64,000 nt of DNA. It comes from Planctomycetota bacterium (GTDB taxonomy: Bacteria > Planctomycetota > B15-G4). The stretch is from contig CBDFJQ010000002.1 of the NCBI GenBank assembly GCA_965248575.1, positions 2,272,001 to 2,336,000 on the forward strand, given 5' to 3'. Numbering within the stretch: position 1 is the stretch's first letter; each line of letters opens with the position of its first letter. Shown here in pieces: positions 48,270 through 57,447 of the stretch. The notes beneath the pieces were generated by a model. That model was given only the letters and a program-made list of their open reading frames with translations. It did no database searches and was not told where the DNA came from. The position numbers and the translations under genes were made by a program.

Positions 48270-49328
48270 TTAGCCACCTGGCAGGCGCGACGCCGCCCGC
48301 TGCGCCCGTTCGCGAACCCGCGCATCCTGGGTCTGGTCAGAAAGCTGAAGCAGCTCGGCGCGTGCGACGTTCAGGACGGCGAGCACGTCATCCACCCAGA
48401 CCTCGTCCGCGGCGGACTGCAGCACGGGTTGAAGGGCCGCTCTCCCCAGGCCGCCCAAGGCGCTCGCGGCCCACTGCTTGAGGGTCTTTTCGTTGTCCCT
48501 CTCAAGCACACTCACGAGATGTGGGATCGCCCGCGCTTCAAGGGCGTCCACCAGCAGGCGCGCGTCCGAGAACTCATGCGTGCCTCGCCGCAAGCCCTCC
48601 AGCAAGCCGGAGAACACCGCTGCCGTCAGCGCGTCCCGGTCCACGTCGGACACGCTCACGAGCGCGCTGATGAGACCCTGTGCTGCTAGCTTGCTGTCGC
48701 GCGTCACGTTCTCCACGGCGGACAACACAGCCTCCCGCTGGGCTCCCGCGTCGTGGGTCCCGTCCTGGAGACGCGTGACGAGTCGCAGGGCGAGGTTGCG
48801 AGCTGCCCGACCACGCCCTGCGGCATTGACCCCAGCGATCGCCACCTCCAACTCCGCCACCGACCCTTGCTCGATCCACTCGACCACTGCTGGGTGGGAC
48901 ATGTGCCCCAGCCGACCCAAGGCCACAGCCAGGGCGGTGCGGGAATTGATGGGGCCCGTCTGGAGCGCGCGGATCAAGGCTGGGACCACCGGCTCTCCCG
49001 CGCCGACGAGCGCGTCGAGCAGGACGTCGCTGTCGTTCAGATAAGGAGGCACCTCGAGCAGCTCGATGAACACCTCGGGCGAGCGAGACGCCAGGCTGCG
49101 CAAGGACCCCATCGCCCGCCCTCGCAGGGGGTCGTCTTCAAAGCGCAGGCCCAACAGGCCCGAGACAGCTTGGCGATGCTCCCCCGGCGGCGCCTCGCCC
49201 AGGGCCGCTGCAGCGAGCAGGCGCGCGAAGACCTCCTGACCCTCCAAATCGGCAAGCCAGGCATCCGTCCCCTTCGCGCACCCACTGAGGCACAGCAGGA
49301 GAGTGAGCATCACTCCGACTCGGTCCAT
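48270..49328 (-). CDS. HEAT/PBS-lyase-like repeat lipoprotein
   Basis: Lipobox LSGC; repeats RLLAAAALG, VVPALIRAL, AIPHLVSVL, WAASALGGLG. Confidence 0.7.
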   Translation of the reverse strand: MDRVGVMLTLLLCLSGCAKGTDAWLADLEGQEVFARLLAAAALGEAPPGEHRQAVSGLLGLRFEDDPLRGRAMGSLRSLASRSPEVFIELLEVPPYLNDSDVLLDALVGAGEPVVPALIRALQTGPINSRTALAVALGRLGHMSHPAVVEWIEQGSVAELEVAIAGVNAAGRGRAARNLALRLVTRLQDGTHDAGAQREAVLSAVENVTRDSKLAAQGLISALVSVSDVDRDALTAAVFSGLLEGLRRGTHEFSDARLLVDALEARAIPHLVSVLERDNEKTLKQWAASALGGLGRAALQPVLQSAADEVWVDDVLAVLNVARAELLQLSDQTQDARVRERAQRAASRLPGG

Positions 49329-49481
49329 GGTGCACTCCGCGATCCGCCAGAGATGGGAACAGCCTGGAATCGTACCCACTCCCTGCGAGTTTGTTCAGGC
49401 CTCAAGGCCGAGTACCCTCACCCCGCACACTGGGATCATTGAACTGTCGCGCCACCAGGCGCTGACCACACGGGCAACCCC

Positions 49482-50936
49482 ATGCGAGTCTCCAACAAGA
49501 CGCTGAACACCATGGCGGCCGTCATCTGGCTGACCGTCGGCGTGGGGTTGACGACCGTGGGCGTGCGCTTCGTGTTCGGCCTGCAAGAAGGGGGCGAGCC
49601 CGGGTCGGCGCTCGGCATCGCCGCCGCCCTGGCCGTGGGTGCGTTGATCGGCGTCCTCAAGGGCAAGTACGTCCTTTCGAGAACGGCCGGTCGCAACAAG
49701 CGGCGCATTGCTGCCTTGAAGGAGCCCCGGGTGTGGCAGGTGTTCACGTCCAGGTTCCTGTTGCTGATCCTGGGCATGATGGCCCTCGGACGTGGCCTGC
49801 GTGCGCTGGCTGCGGCTGGCTGGCTCGGGGGTTTCGTGGGCGTGGGTGGCATCTATGTCGGCATCGGCCTGGCGCTCGGCGTGGCCTCCACGGCTTACTT
49901 CGCAAAGCGCCCCCCCGCCCTTCCGACCCGCGTCGACCAAGCGCCCGCAACACACAACCAACGCCGCAACCGGCGCCGCGGGCTGCTGCTGATCAACCTC
50001 GGCTCACCCGCGGCCCCGACGGCTCCAGCCGTGCGTCGTTTCCTGCGCCAGTTTCTCGGGGACCCGCGCGTCGTCGAAGTGAACCGGGTGCTCTGGGCCT
50101 TCGTTCTCAACGTGATCATCCTGCCGTTCCGCAGCCGGAATTCGGCGGAGCTCTACGCCTCCGTCTGGATGGACGAAGGGTCCCCGCTCATCGTGTACGG
50201 GCGACGGCTGCGCAGCCTGGTGGCCGACCGACTTCAGGAGGGATTCCACGTGGTGCTCGGCATGCGCTACGGCGAGCCGTCCATCCAACAGGCCCTCGAC
50301 GAATTCCAGGCCCAGGGCTGTGAAGACGTCCTCGTGCTGCCGCTGTTCCCCCAGTACAGCAACACGACCACCGGCTCGGTGGCGGCAGAGGTCGCGCGCG
50401 TCGCCCTGAAGCAACGCAAACAAATCAACCTGTCCTTCGCCCCCCCCTTCTTCGACCATCCGCTCTACATCGAAGCCCTGGCGCGCCGCGCCGAAGCCTG
50501 CGACCCCGGCGAGTTCACGGTGTTCAGCTTCCATGGGCTGCCCGAGTCCTACGTAAAGCAGGGTGACCCGTACATGGACCAATGCCGGACCACCGCATGG
50601 CTGTTGGCGGAGCGCTTGGGGTTGGCGCGCTCCGAGTGGGAGCTGGTGTTCCAATCGCGTTTCGGCGACGAACCCTGGCTCCAGCCCTACCTGGACGAAT
50701 TCGTTCCCGCCCTCGCGCCGAACATGAAGCGCGTGCGCGTGGTCGCGCCGGCCTTCGCTGCCGATTGCCTGGAGACCATCGAGGAGATCGGAATTCGCCT
50801 GAAAGATGACTTCCTCGAAGCGGGCGGTGAAGAGCTCATCGTGGTCCCAGGTCTCAACGATGATCCGGCCTGGGTGGACGCGGTGGTGGCCCTCACACTC
50901 GAGGCCTCACCCAACACACCTCAGCCCCCAGGCTGA
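49482..50936 (+). CDS. hemH: Ferrochelatase with fused N-terminal 4-TM membrane domain
   Basis: LLINLGSP, FLGDPRVVE, GSPL, MRYGEPSI, PLFPQYS.TT.GS, FSFHGLP, GDPY, FQSRFG.EPWL.PY, DCLETIEEI. Confidence 0.93.
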   Translation: MRVSNKTLNTMAAVIWLTVGVGLTTVGVRFVFGLQEGGEPGSALGIAAALAVGALIGVLKGKYVLSRTAGRNKRRIAALKEPRVWQVFTSRFLLLILGMMALGRGLRALAAAGWLGGFVGVGGIYVGIGLALGVASTAYFAKRPPALPTRVDQAPATHNQRRNRRRGLLLINLGSPAAPTAPAVRRFLRQFLGDPRVVEVNRVLWAFVLNVIILPFRSRNSAELYASVWMDEGSPLIVYGRRLRSLVADRLQEGFHVVLGMRYGEPSIQQALDEFQAQGCEDVLVLPLFPQYSNTTTGSVAAEVARVALKQRKQINLSFAPPFFDHPLYIEALARRAEACDPGEFTVFSFHGLPESYVKQGDPYMDQCRTTAWLLAERLGLARSEWELVFQSRFGDEPWLQPYLDEFVPALAPNMKRVRVVAPAFAADCLETIEEIGIRLKDDFLEAGGEELIVVPGLNDDPAWVDAVVALTLEASPNTPQPPG

Positions 50937-50944
50937 CGCGCCAG

Positions 50945-50988
50945 CGTCGCCCACCCGTCGCCCACCCGTCGCCCACCCGTCGCCCACC
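50945..50988. repeat. Perfect tandem repeat (CGTCGCCCACC) x4
   Basis: Four exact 11-bp units plus a partial fifth, in the spacer between hemH and the esterase gene. Confidence 0.9.
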
Positions 50989-51012
50989 CGTGCCCCCCCA
51001 GGAGCGCGCCCC

Positions 51013-52779
51013 ATGTCGTTCTCAGGCCCCACGATGTTGCTCGGTGTCCTCATCCCCTTGCTCGGGAGCAGCATGAACATCTCCCTCGTTTCTCAAGAGC
51101 TGGTCGTACGCTTCTCCGGCGACCGACGCAGCGAATCCGCCGATGGACGCATCCTGCTGATCCTCTCGGCCGTCGAGACCTCTCCAAGCGCACCCGCGCT
51201 GGCAGCGGACGCGAGCGAGCCCCGCTTCCAGGTGAACGGTTCGGTGAGCAGTGCGCAGGTCTTCGGTATCGACGTCGAAGGCCTGGCTCCCAACGAGCCC
51301 ACGGTCTTCAACGGCGCCACCTTCGGCTACCCGACCGAGAGCTTGAGCGCTGTGCCTCCCGGGGACTACATGGCCCAGGCCGTGCTTCATCTCTACGAGA
51401 CCTTCACACCGGCGCACGGCCACACCATCAAGCTGCCCATGGATCGGGGTGAAGGCCAGCATTGGAATCGTGCGCCGGGCAACCTCTACAGCATGCCACA
51501 CCGCATCACCGTCGGTGAGCAGGGCCCGCGGACCATCGAGCTACTTCTCGACCAGGTGATCCCTGCCATCGAACCCCTGGAGGACACCCGGTACATCAAG
51601 CACGTGCGCATCCAGAGCGCGTTGCTGACGGAGTTCTGGGGGCGGCCCATGTTCCTCGGCGCGCACGTGCTGCTGCCCGAGGGTTTCGATGAGCATCCCG
51701 AAGCGCGTTACCCCCTCGCCATCTTCCACGGCCACCACCCGAGCGATTTCGGCGGCTTCCGTCCCGAGCCCCCGGACCCCGAGTTGGAGCCGGACTACTC
51801 AGAGCGCTTCGGTGTCGAGGGCTACAACATCACCCAGCAGCAGGAGGCCCACGAGTTCTACCGCAAATGGACAGGCCCCGACTTCCCGCGCTTCATCGCA
51901 GTCGAGATTCAGCATGCCAACCCCTACTACGACGACTCCTATGCGGTGAACTCGGCCAACCTGGGGCCCTACGGGGACGCCATCACCTACGAGCTCGTGC
52001 CTCACCTCGAGCAGACCTTCCGCGGGCTGGGTGAGGGCTGGGCACGCTTCCTCTACGGCGGTTCGACAGGCGGCTGGGAGGCCCTCGCGGCGCAGGTCTT
52101 CTACCCGGACGACTACAACGGCTGCTTCGCTGCCTGCCCGGACCCCGTCGACTTCCGCGCGTACTGCCTCGTGAACATCTACGAGAACGAGAACGCCTAT
52201 TGGGAAGGCGGCCCCTTCACGAGCATCGAACGCCCCGCCCACCGTGACAGCCTCGGCCGGGTGAACGGCACCATGCGCATGGCCAACCACATGGAGCTGG
52301 TGCTCGGCACCAACAGTCGCTCCGGAGACCAGTGGGACATCTGGCAGGCGGTGTACTCACCCGTGGGCGACGACGGCTACCCCAAACCCATCTGGGACAA
52401 GCGCACGGGTGTCATCGACCGCGAGGTGGCCGAGCATTGGCGTGAACACTACGACCTGCGCCACATCCTGGAGCGCGACTGGGCCACGCTCGGACCCAAG
52501 CTGGCAGGAAAGCTGCACGTCTTCTGCGGCGACATGGACAACTACTATCTCAACAACGCCGTCTACCTGATCGAAGACTTCCTGGAGTCCACCACCGAAC
52601 CGCCCTACGCCGGCGAGGTGGACTACGGTGATCGCGCGGAGCACTGCTGGAACGGTGACCACGAGAACGGCAACCATATCTCGCGCCTGCGCTACAACAC
52701 GATGTACTTGCCGCGCATCCTGGATCGCATTGCGCAGAGCGCGCCGTCCGGGGCCGACCTGACGAGCTGGCGCTACTGA
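51013..52779 (+). CDS. Secreted alpha/beta hydrolase (esterase family) with N-terminal beta domain
   Basis: AGGAG RBS; SALLTEFWGRP, VLLPEGF, NSANLGPYGDAI, GGSTGGW nucleophile elbow, PDPVDFR. Confidence 0.85.
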   Translation: MSFSGPTMLLGVLIPLLGSSMNISLVSQELVVRFSGDRRSESADGRILLILSAVETSPSAPALAADASEPRFQVNGSVSSAQVFGIDVEGLAPNEPTVFNGATFGYPTESLSAVPPGDYMAQAVLHLYETFTPAHGHTIKLPMDRGEGQHWNRAPGNLYSMPHRITVGEQGPRTIELLLDQVIPAIEPLEDTRYIKHVRIQSALLTEFWGRPMFLGAHVLLPEGFDEHPEARYPLAIFHGHHPSDFGGFRPEPPDPELEPDYSERFGVEGYNITQQQEAHEFYRKWTGPDFPRFIAVEIQHANPYYDDSYAVNSANLGPYGDAITYELVPHLEQTFRGLGEGWARFLYGGSTGGWEALAAQVFYPDDYNGCFAACPDPVDFRAYCLVNIYENENAYWEGGPFTSIERPAHRDSLGRVNGTMRMANHMELVLGTNSRSGDQWDIWQAVYSPVGDDGYPKPIWDKRTGVIDREVAEHWREHYDLRHILERDWATLGPKLAGKLHVFCGDMDNYYLNNAVYLIEDFLESTTEPPYAGEVDYGDRAEHCWNGDHENGNHISRLRYNTMYLPRILDRIAQSAPSGADLTSWRY

Positions 52780-52849
52780 GCTCTGGCCCTGGCGGGCACC
52801 CCAAGCTGGCCAACGAGCTTGACTGCGAGTTGGATCGGGAGAGCGGGAG

Positions 52850-54148
52850 TCAGCGCCCCCCGCCGCTGAACGCTGGAACCCGCACGGCACACGACAAGCC
52901 CTCGTCGCCGAAGACCCCTGTCAGCAGCAGCGTCGACAGCTTGCGCTCGGGAACACCGCTCCAGACCACCTTGCCGTTGACCTCCACGGACACCTCGCCG
53001 TCGATGTCGACGAGCTCGGGTTGCAACAAGACCCAGAGACCCTCCAGCCTCTTAGTCTCCGACTCGATCCGGACCAAATTCTTCTCCACCACCTCGGCCA
53101 CGACCAGCGCGCTCTTTTCCGGCTGCTCCCAGTAGAGCCAGTAGAACTGACGCTTCCAACTCAGCCACGGCTGCCAGACGACCTTCTTCGGGTAAGGGTC
53201 GCGCTCGAACTTTGACAAGGCTTCCAACCAATCCTTGCCGCCGCCCGGCGGGTAGGCGTGGCCGCGGCCGTCCTCCTCGATGTACTCGAAGTCTTCGTAG
53301 CCGCCCCAACGTTCCTGCGCTTCCTCCACCTTCCTCACGGCGACCTGGTTCGCTTCGGCCGGCACCTTGGGATCATCACGACTCTGGTAGACGCGCATGG
53401 GAACATTGCGCAGGTTCGGCACCACTCCGTCTTCGATGTCGAAGATCACCCCCTCGCGGTTGACGTAGGGCGTGGGGGCACCAGCCGCTGGACCCAAGGC
53501 GGCCACCCGGTCGGCGTGGTGTGCCCCGAGGGTCCACGAGCCGAAGCCGCCCATGGAATGACCCGCGAAGTAGACACGGTTGGCATCCACGCCATAGGTG
53601 CGGCGCGCACGGTCCACCAGCTCCATCACCCATTCCTCGGTGCCGGCCGTGGTCCAGCCATGCTCGGTCTTCTCAAGCACCTCGGGAAAGATGGCTGCCC
53701 ATTTGCGCTTCTTGGCAGCGTTCGAGAGGAAGCCGGCCGCCTCACCGCAATCGCCCGATCCGACGCCCCCACCGTGCATGCCGATCAACAGCCCCTTCGG
53801 CTTCTTGGTGACACCCCCGATGATGTAGAGCCCGCGCTTGTCCTCCTCCCAGAAGTGTTCGCGACCGGTCTTCTTCGGGAGGCGCGGGCCATCGTCCCAG
53901 CTGCCCTGGATCTTGGCGCGCCAGGTCTTGGCCTCCTTTGCCGAGAGGGGCTCCGGCGCCAACTCATCAATCTCCAGGAGCAAGCGCGTCCGCTCGGCGT
54001 GACCCTCGCTCTTCCGGCCATCCAATGCGAAGTACTGCTCGATGCGCGCTTCGATCTCCTTCGCCGTCTTCCTGTCGACATCCGCGACGGGCCCAGGCAG
54101 CACCGCAAGCAAGATCACGGCGAGGGCAGTGGCAAGAACACTCGGCAT
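52850..54148 (-). CDS. Secreted alpha/beta hydrolase (esterase/PHB depolymerase-like)
   Basis: Signal peptide; MHGGG, VDANRVYFAGHSMGG, DPKVP, GRGH. Confidence 0.85.
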   Translation of the reverse strand: MPSVLATALAVILLAVLPGPVADVDRKTAKEIEARIEQYFALDGRKSEGHAERTRLLLEIDELAPEPLSAKEAKTWRAKIQGSWDDGPRLPKKTGREHFWEEDKRGLYIIGGVTKKPKGLLIGMHGGGVGSGDCGEAAGFLSNAAKKRKWAAIFPEVLEKTEHGWTTAGTEEWVMELVDRARRTYGVDANRVYFAGHSMGGFGSWTLGAHHADRVAALGPAAGAPTPYVNREGVIFDIEDGVVPNLRNVPMRVYQSRDDPKVPAEANQVAVRKVEEAQERWGGYEDFEYIEEDGRGHAYPPGGGKDWLEALSKFERDPYPKKVVWQPWLSWKRQFYWLYWEQPEKSALVVAEVVEKNLVRIESETKRLEGLWVLLQPELVDIDGEVSVEVNGKVVWSGVPERKLSTLLLTGVFGDEGLSCAVRVPAFSGGGR

Positions 54149-54303
54149 GGGACTCTCCTCTGAGGTGCACCTGTGGGATTCACCGGCGGGACTGTTCCGT
54201 GGACCTCATCCGCAGACCGCCGCGCACGGAGAGTGGAGTCTATGGGCCGGAGTGAGGCCCTCGCCAGGGTCGCTTCACGGCGCCTCGCTCGACGGCCCCG
54301 CGC

Positions 54304-55725
54304 TCAGGGATCCTGGCCCGTCGCGAAGCCTCGCAGGCAGGCGATGAGTCGATCGATGTCCCGTCTCACGGTGGGAACACCCAGGGACGCCCGCAAGGCA
54401 CCGACAGCTCGACCGGGCTCCCGCTCGGCCAGCAGGCTTGGGCTGAAAACACCCGGAGCCAAGGACTCGAGCCAGCTCAAGTGGTCGCTGGCGTTCCATC
54501 CGAAGGCCTGCTCGGCTGCCCCTGGGTTACAGAAGCAGCCGCCGCGCAGGACCAGACCCGACTCGCAGGCGCGCTGCTCCACCTGGGAATACGGAACGAT
54601 GGAGCCGTCCTCCCGAACGAGATTGAAGGCAAGGGTCGCGCCTCGATCGCCCTGGGCAGGAGGGCCGTACACCTGGACCAACGGCTCTCCCCCGTCGTGG
54701 TGTAGCGCCTGCAGCCTCGAATGCAGGCTCGTCGTCAGGCTTCTCATGCGCCGTCGCAGGCGCTGCTCGCCAATCCCGTCCATCCACTCCAGGCCAAAGC
54801 TCACGGCTCCCAAGTCCAGGAAGGGCGGCGTGCCGTCCTCGAAGCCCTCGGCACCCATGCGGCGCCTGTGGCGATCGACAGCCACAGACGCCCACTCCAC
54901 AGTTCCACCTGCGAACCAGGGCCGCGCCAGCAGGCCCTGGGCGTCTCGCCGCACGATGAGCGCTCCCACACCTGTGGGCAACCCAAAGACCTTGTAGAAG
55001 GACAGCGCCACGAAGTCTGCATCGACCTGCGAAAGGTCGAGGCGTTGAGTCGGCAACCAGGCGGCGGCATCCAGCAGCACCCTGTAGCCCGCAGCTCGTG
55101 CGCGCCTGACGAGGCTCAACGGGTTTCGAGCACCTGAGAAGTTGGACTGAGCAGGAAAGGCGAACAGCGAAGGACAGCGGGGCCGCACATCCGGCAGCGG
55201 TTGCTCCCCGTCGAGTCGGAGACTCGAATCGAGTGGCAGGATGTCCACCTCCGCGCGGCGAGCGCGTGCGAAGACACGCAGCCCGTTGACCGAGTTGTGG
55301 TTGTCGACGGACAAGACGAGCCGGCTTCCCGATTGAAACGGAAAGGCCTCACCCACCAGGCGCAAGGCTGCCGAGGCATTCGACGTGAACACGCAAACAT
55401 GAGTCTCCTCGTCCACACCCAACCACCGAAGCACAGCGCGCCGGGCAGCCCCGGCGATCTTCGTGGACTTGCGCGATGGAAGACTGTCGGAGTGAGGGTT
55501 GCCGAGCACCTGCGTGGACAAGGACTGCGCCTGAGCGTCCACCTGGCGCTGGGAGTAGAGCGCGCTGGCGGTGTAGTCGAGGTAGGCCAGGCCCTGAGCA
55601 TCCAGGCGGCCGTAGTCCGTGCGGCGCAGTGCTTCGAAGTAGGCGTCCTCTGCCGCTGCAGTCCCTTGGTCAGCGAGCAGGGCAGAAGCGGCGCCCGGCC
55701 CAGGTCTCGCTACATCGCGACTCAA
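54304..55725 (-). CDS. PLP-dependent class V aminotransferase / cysteine desulfurase, Moco-sulfurase NifS-like type
   Basis: YLDYTAS, GNPHS, DNHNSV, PAQSNFSG, LLDAAA, SFYKVFG.PTGVGAL, FEDGT, LRGGCFCNPG; TTG start overlapping the upstream stop (TTGA). Confidence 0.88.
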   Translation of the reverse strand: MSRDVARPGPGAASALLADQGTAAAEDAYFEALRRTDYGRLDAQGLAYLDYTASALYSQRQVDAQAQSLSTQVLGNPHSDSLPSRKSTKIAGAARRAVLRWLGVDEETHVCVFTSNASAALRLVGEAFPFQSGSRLVLSVDNHNSVNGLRVFARARRAEVDILPLDSSLRLDGEQPLPDVRPRCPSLFAFPAQSNFSGARNPLSLVRRARAAGYRVLLDAAAWLPTQRLDLSQVDADFVALSFYKVFGLPTGVGALIVRRDAQGLLARPWFAGGTVEWASVAVDRHRRRMGAEGFEDGTPPFLDLGAVSFGLEWMDGIGEQRLRRRMRSLTTSLHSRLQALHHDGGEPLVQVYGPPAQGDRGATLAFNLVREDGSIVPYSQVEQRACESGLVLRGGCFCNPGAAEQAFGWNASDHLSWLESLAPGVFSPSLLAEREPGRAVGALRASLGVPTVRRDIDRLIACLRGFATGQDP

Positions 55726-56354
55726 AACCCACACCCCCGCCGCTGGAGGCCGCGGACGCGCTGGGACGCGCTCTCGGAGGATGCCGCCTCGTGTGCTTCG
55801 GCATCCAGCACTCGCGGCTGCCCTCCGAAGTATCGACTCCAGGTCGCCAACTGCTCGAACTCGCGCCGCTCGGATGGGCTCGCCTCCAGACTCAAGACGG
55901 GAGCCAGGACGTCTGCGACCCATGCCGCGGCACCGCCCTGGAGGGTCCGCACGTCGAGACCCGCTTGCCGGAGCGACTGCGCGACGTGCCGGGCGCGCTC
56001 CGGCTCGTCGGCCACGAGAACCACCAGCTCGGACGAGCGAAAGTCGCTGGCCTTTGGCTGCTCGATCAGCTCAGCCAAGGGAAGGCGCATCGCGGAGGAG
56101 CGCGACTCAAGGTCGCGGCCCGGCTCCAGGCCCAGATCCACGATGCGCAACCCGGCCTCATGCTCGAAGAGGCGCCGCGCCAACTCAATCGGAGCGATGA
56201 ACGGAGTCCACCTGTCCCCCTCTGACACCTCCTGCAGCGGCATCGGTTGTGGGTTCACGTGTGGGTTCACCAGCGCCGCAGCGACGCCCAAGCCCAGGGC
56301 CAGCAACACCAGGGCTCTGTGAAGGCGCACCGAGTGCTGCGGTGGGGTACTCAA
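55722..56354 (-). CDS. Membrane-anchored rhodanese-like domain protein with C-terminal GCGF tail
   Basis: TTG start with TTGA overlap; N-terminal TM; LRIVDL, VRTLQGGAAAW; no active-loop Cys; ends RRGCGF. Confidence 0.7.
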   Translation of the reverse strand: MSTPPQHSVRLHRALVLLALGLGVAAALVNPHVNPQPMPLQEVSEGDRWTPFIAPIELARRLFEHEAGLRIVDLGLEPGRDLESRSSAMRLPLAELIEQPKASDFRSSELVVLVADEPERARHVAQSLRQAGLDVRTLQGGAAAWVADVLAPVLSLEASPSERREFEQLATWSRYFGGQPRVLDAEAHEAASSESASQRVRGLQRRGCGF

Positions 56355-56917
56355 AGCTGCTTCAGGCTGCGGCGCTCGACAACTCCCGCGACCGCGAAGG
56401 CAGCGAGAGCCAGGGCGACGAGCCAGGCCAGAGTCACTCCTCGCGACAAGCCCAGCAAGGCGTCGACCGTGACAGTGTCCAGAGCCGTGGCGTCGTAGAG
56501 GGGCTCCCACAAGCTCCACCCCTCGTGAAAGAGCAAGACACCCGCTAGCAACCCGAAGATCACCACCAGACCGTCCACGCTGCCTGATGCCAGCGCGACA
56601 CACGCCGTCCCGGGACAGAGGCCCGAGAGAGCCATGCCGCACCCAAACAGCACGCCGCCCAGGAGTTGAGGAGCGAGGAAGGCCCTGGGGGTCTCGAGTG
56701 CCGCGGCGTCCACCACTCCGATCCGATCCAGCCAGAAGATTCCCAAGGCAGCCGTAACCAGCGCCGTGAACAGCACACGTGTCACGCTCATGTCCGTGCC
56801 TCGGAACTGTGCGCTGAGCTTGTTGGCGTTGCCGAGCCCTGCTCGCTCCAGACACGCACCGAAGGCCACGCCGATCAAGAGGGCCCCCACGCGCCATGCG
56901 GTTTCGCCCTCCATCAT
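56351..56917 (-). CDS. YeeE/YedE family sulfur (thiosulfate) transporter half
   Basis: IGVAFGACLERAG, GGVLFGCGMALSGLCPGT; ATG 56917 overlaps the upstream stop. Confidence 0.88.
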   Translation of the reverse strand: MMEGETAWRVGALLIGVAFGACLERAGLGNANKLSAQFRGTDMSVTRVLFTALVTAALGIFWLDRIGVVDAAALETPRAFLAPQLLGGVLFGCGMALSGLCPGTACVALASGSVDGLVVIFGLLAGVLLFHEGWSLWEPLYDATALDTVTVDALLGLSRGVTLAWLVALALAAFAVAGVVERRSLKQL

Positions 56918-57447
56918 GCCCACACCTTGCGCAACCCCAGGAAGGCGAGGTGAGCCGCCGCGAAGGCAATGATCAAGAACATCCAGCCCCCGACCGACAG
57001 CACCGCCCCTCCGCTGAGCGCCAAACCGCTCGTGCAGCCCCGGGCCCAGCGAGAACCGAAGCCCATCAGCGCACCGCCCAACAGCGCGCACACCCAACGC
57101 CGACCGTGCCCACAGGATGCACCGCGAACGAGTCGCCAGCGGGCACGACCGGACAAGCGGGCGGAGATCCCTGCGCCAAGCAACACACCAAGCAGCTGCA
57201 GAACAAGCCAATCGCCCCCGAGCGACGTCGAGAGAAAGGCGCCGTGCACGGGATTCGCCAGCGCGTGCTCAGGAGCCATCGCCGCGACGCCCGCTGCGAC
57301 CGCCGACGAATAGGCGCCGCTGGCTCCAAGACCACGCTCGAAGCAGACAAAGGACCCAAGCAGCACGAGGCCCAACGCCACACCGCAGAGGTAGGGGTCG
57401 CTCCAGGCGGCGGTCTCCTCCGGCGGCACTCTAGCCTGGGTCGGCAT
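56914..57447 (-). CDS. YeeE/YedE family sulfur transporter half
   Basis: PYLCGVALG, GLGASG, GGALMGFGSRWARGCTSG. Confidence 0.88.
   Translation of the reverse strand: MPTQARVPPEETAAWSDPYLCGVALGLVLLGSFVCFERGLGASGAYSSAVAAGVAAMAPEHALANPVHGAFLSTSLGGDWLVLQLLGVLLGAGISARLSGRARWRLVRGASCGHGRRWVCALLGGALMGFGSRWARGCTSGLALSGGAVLSVGGWMFLIIAFAAAHLAFLGLRKVWA

Noticed and set aside
50945..50988. CRISPR array
   Set aside because: Contiguous 11-bp units with no spacers and no cas genes.
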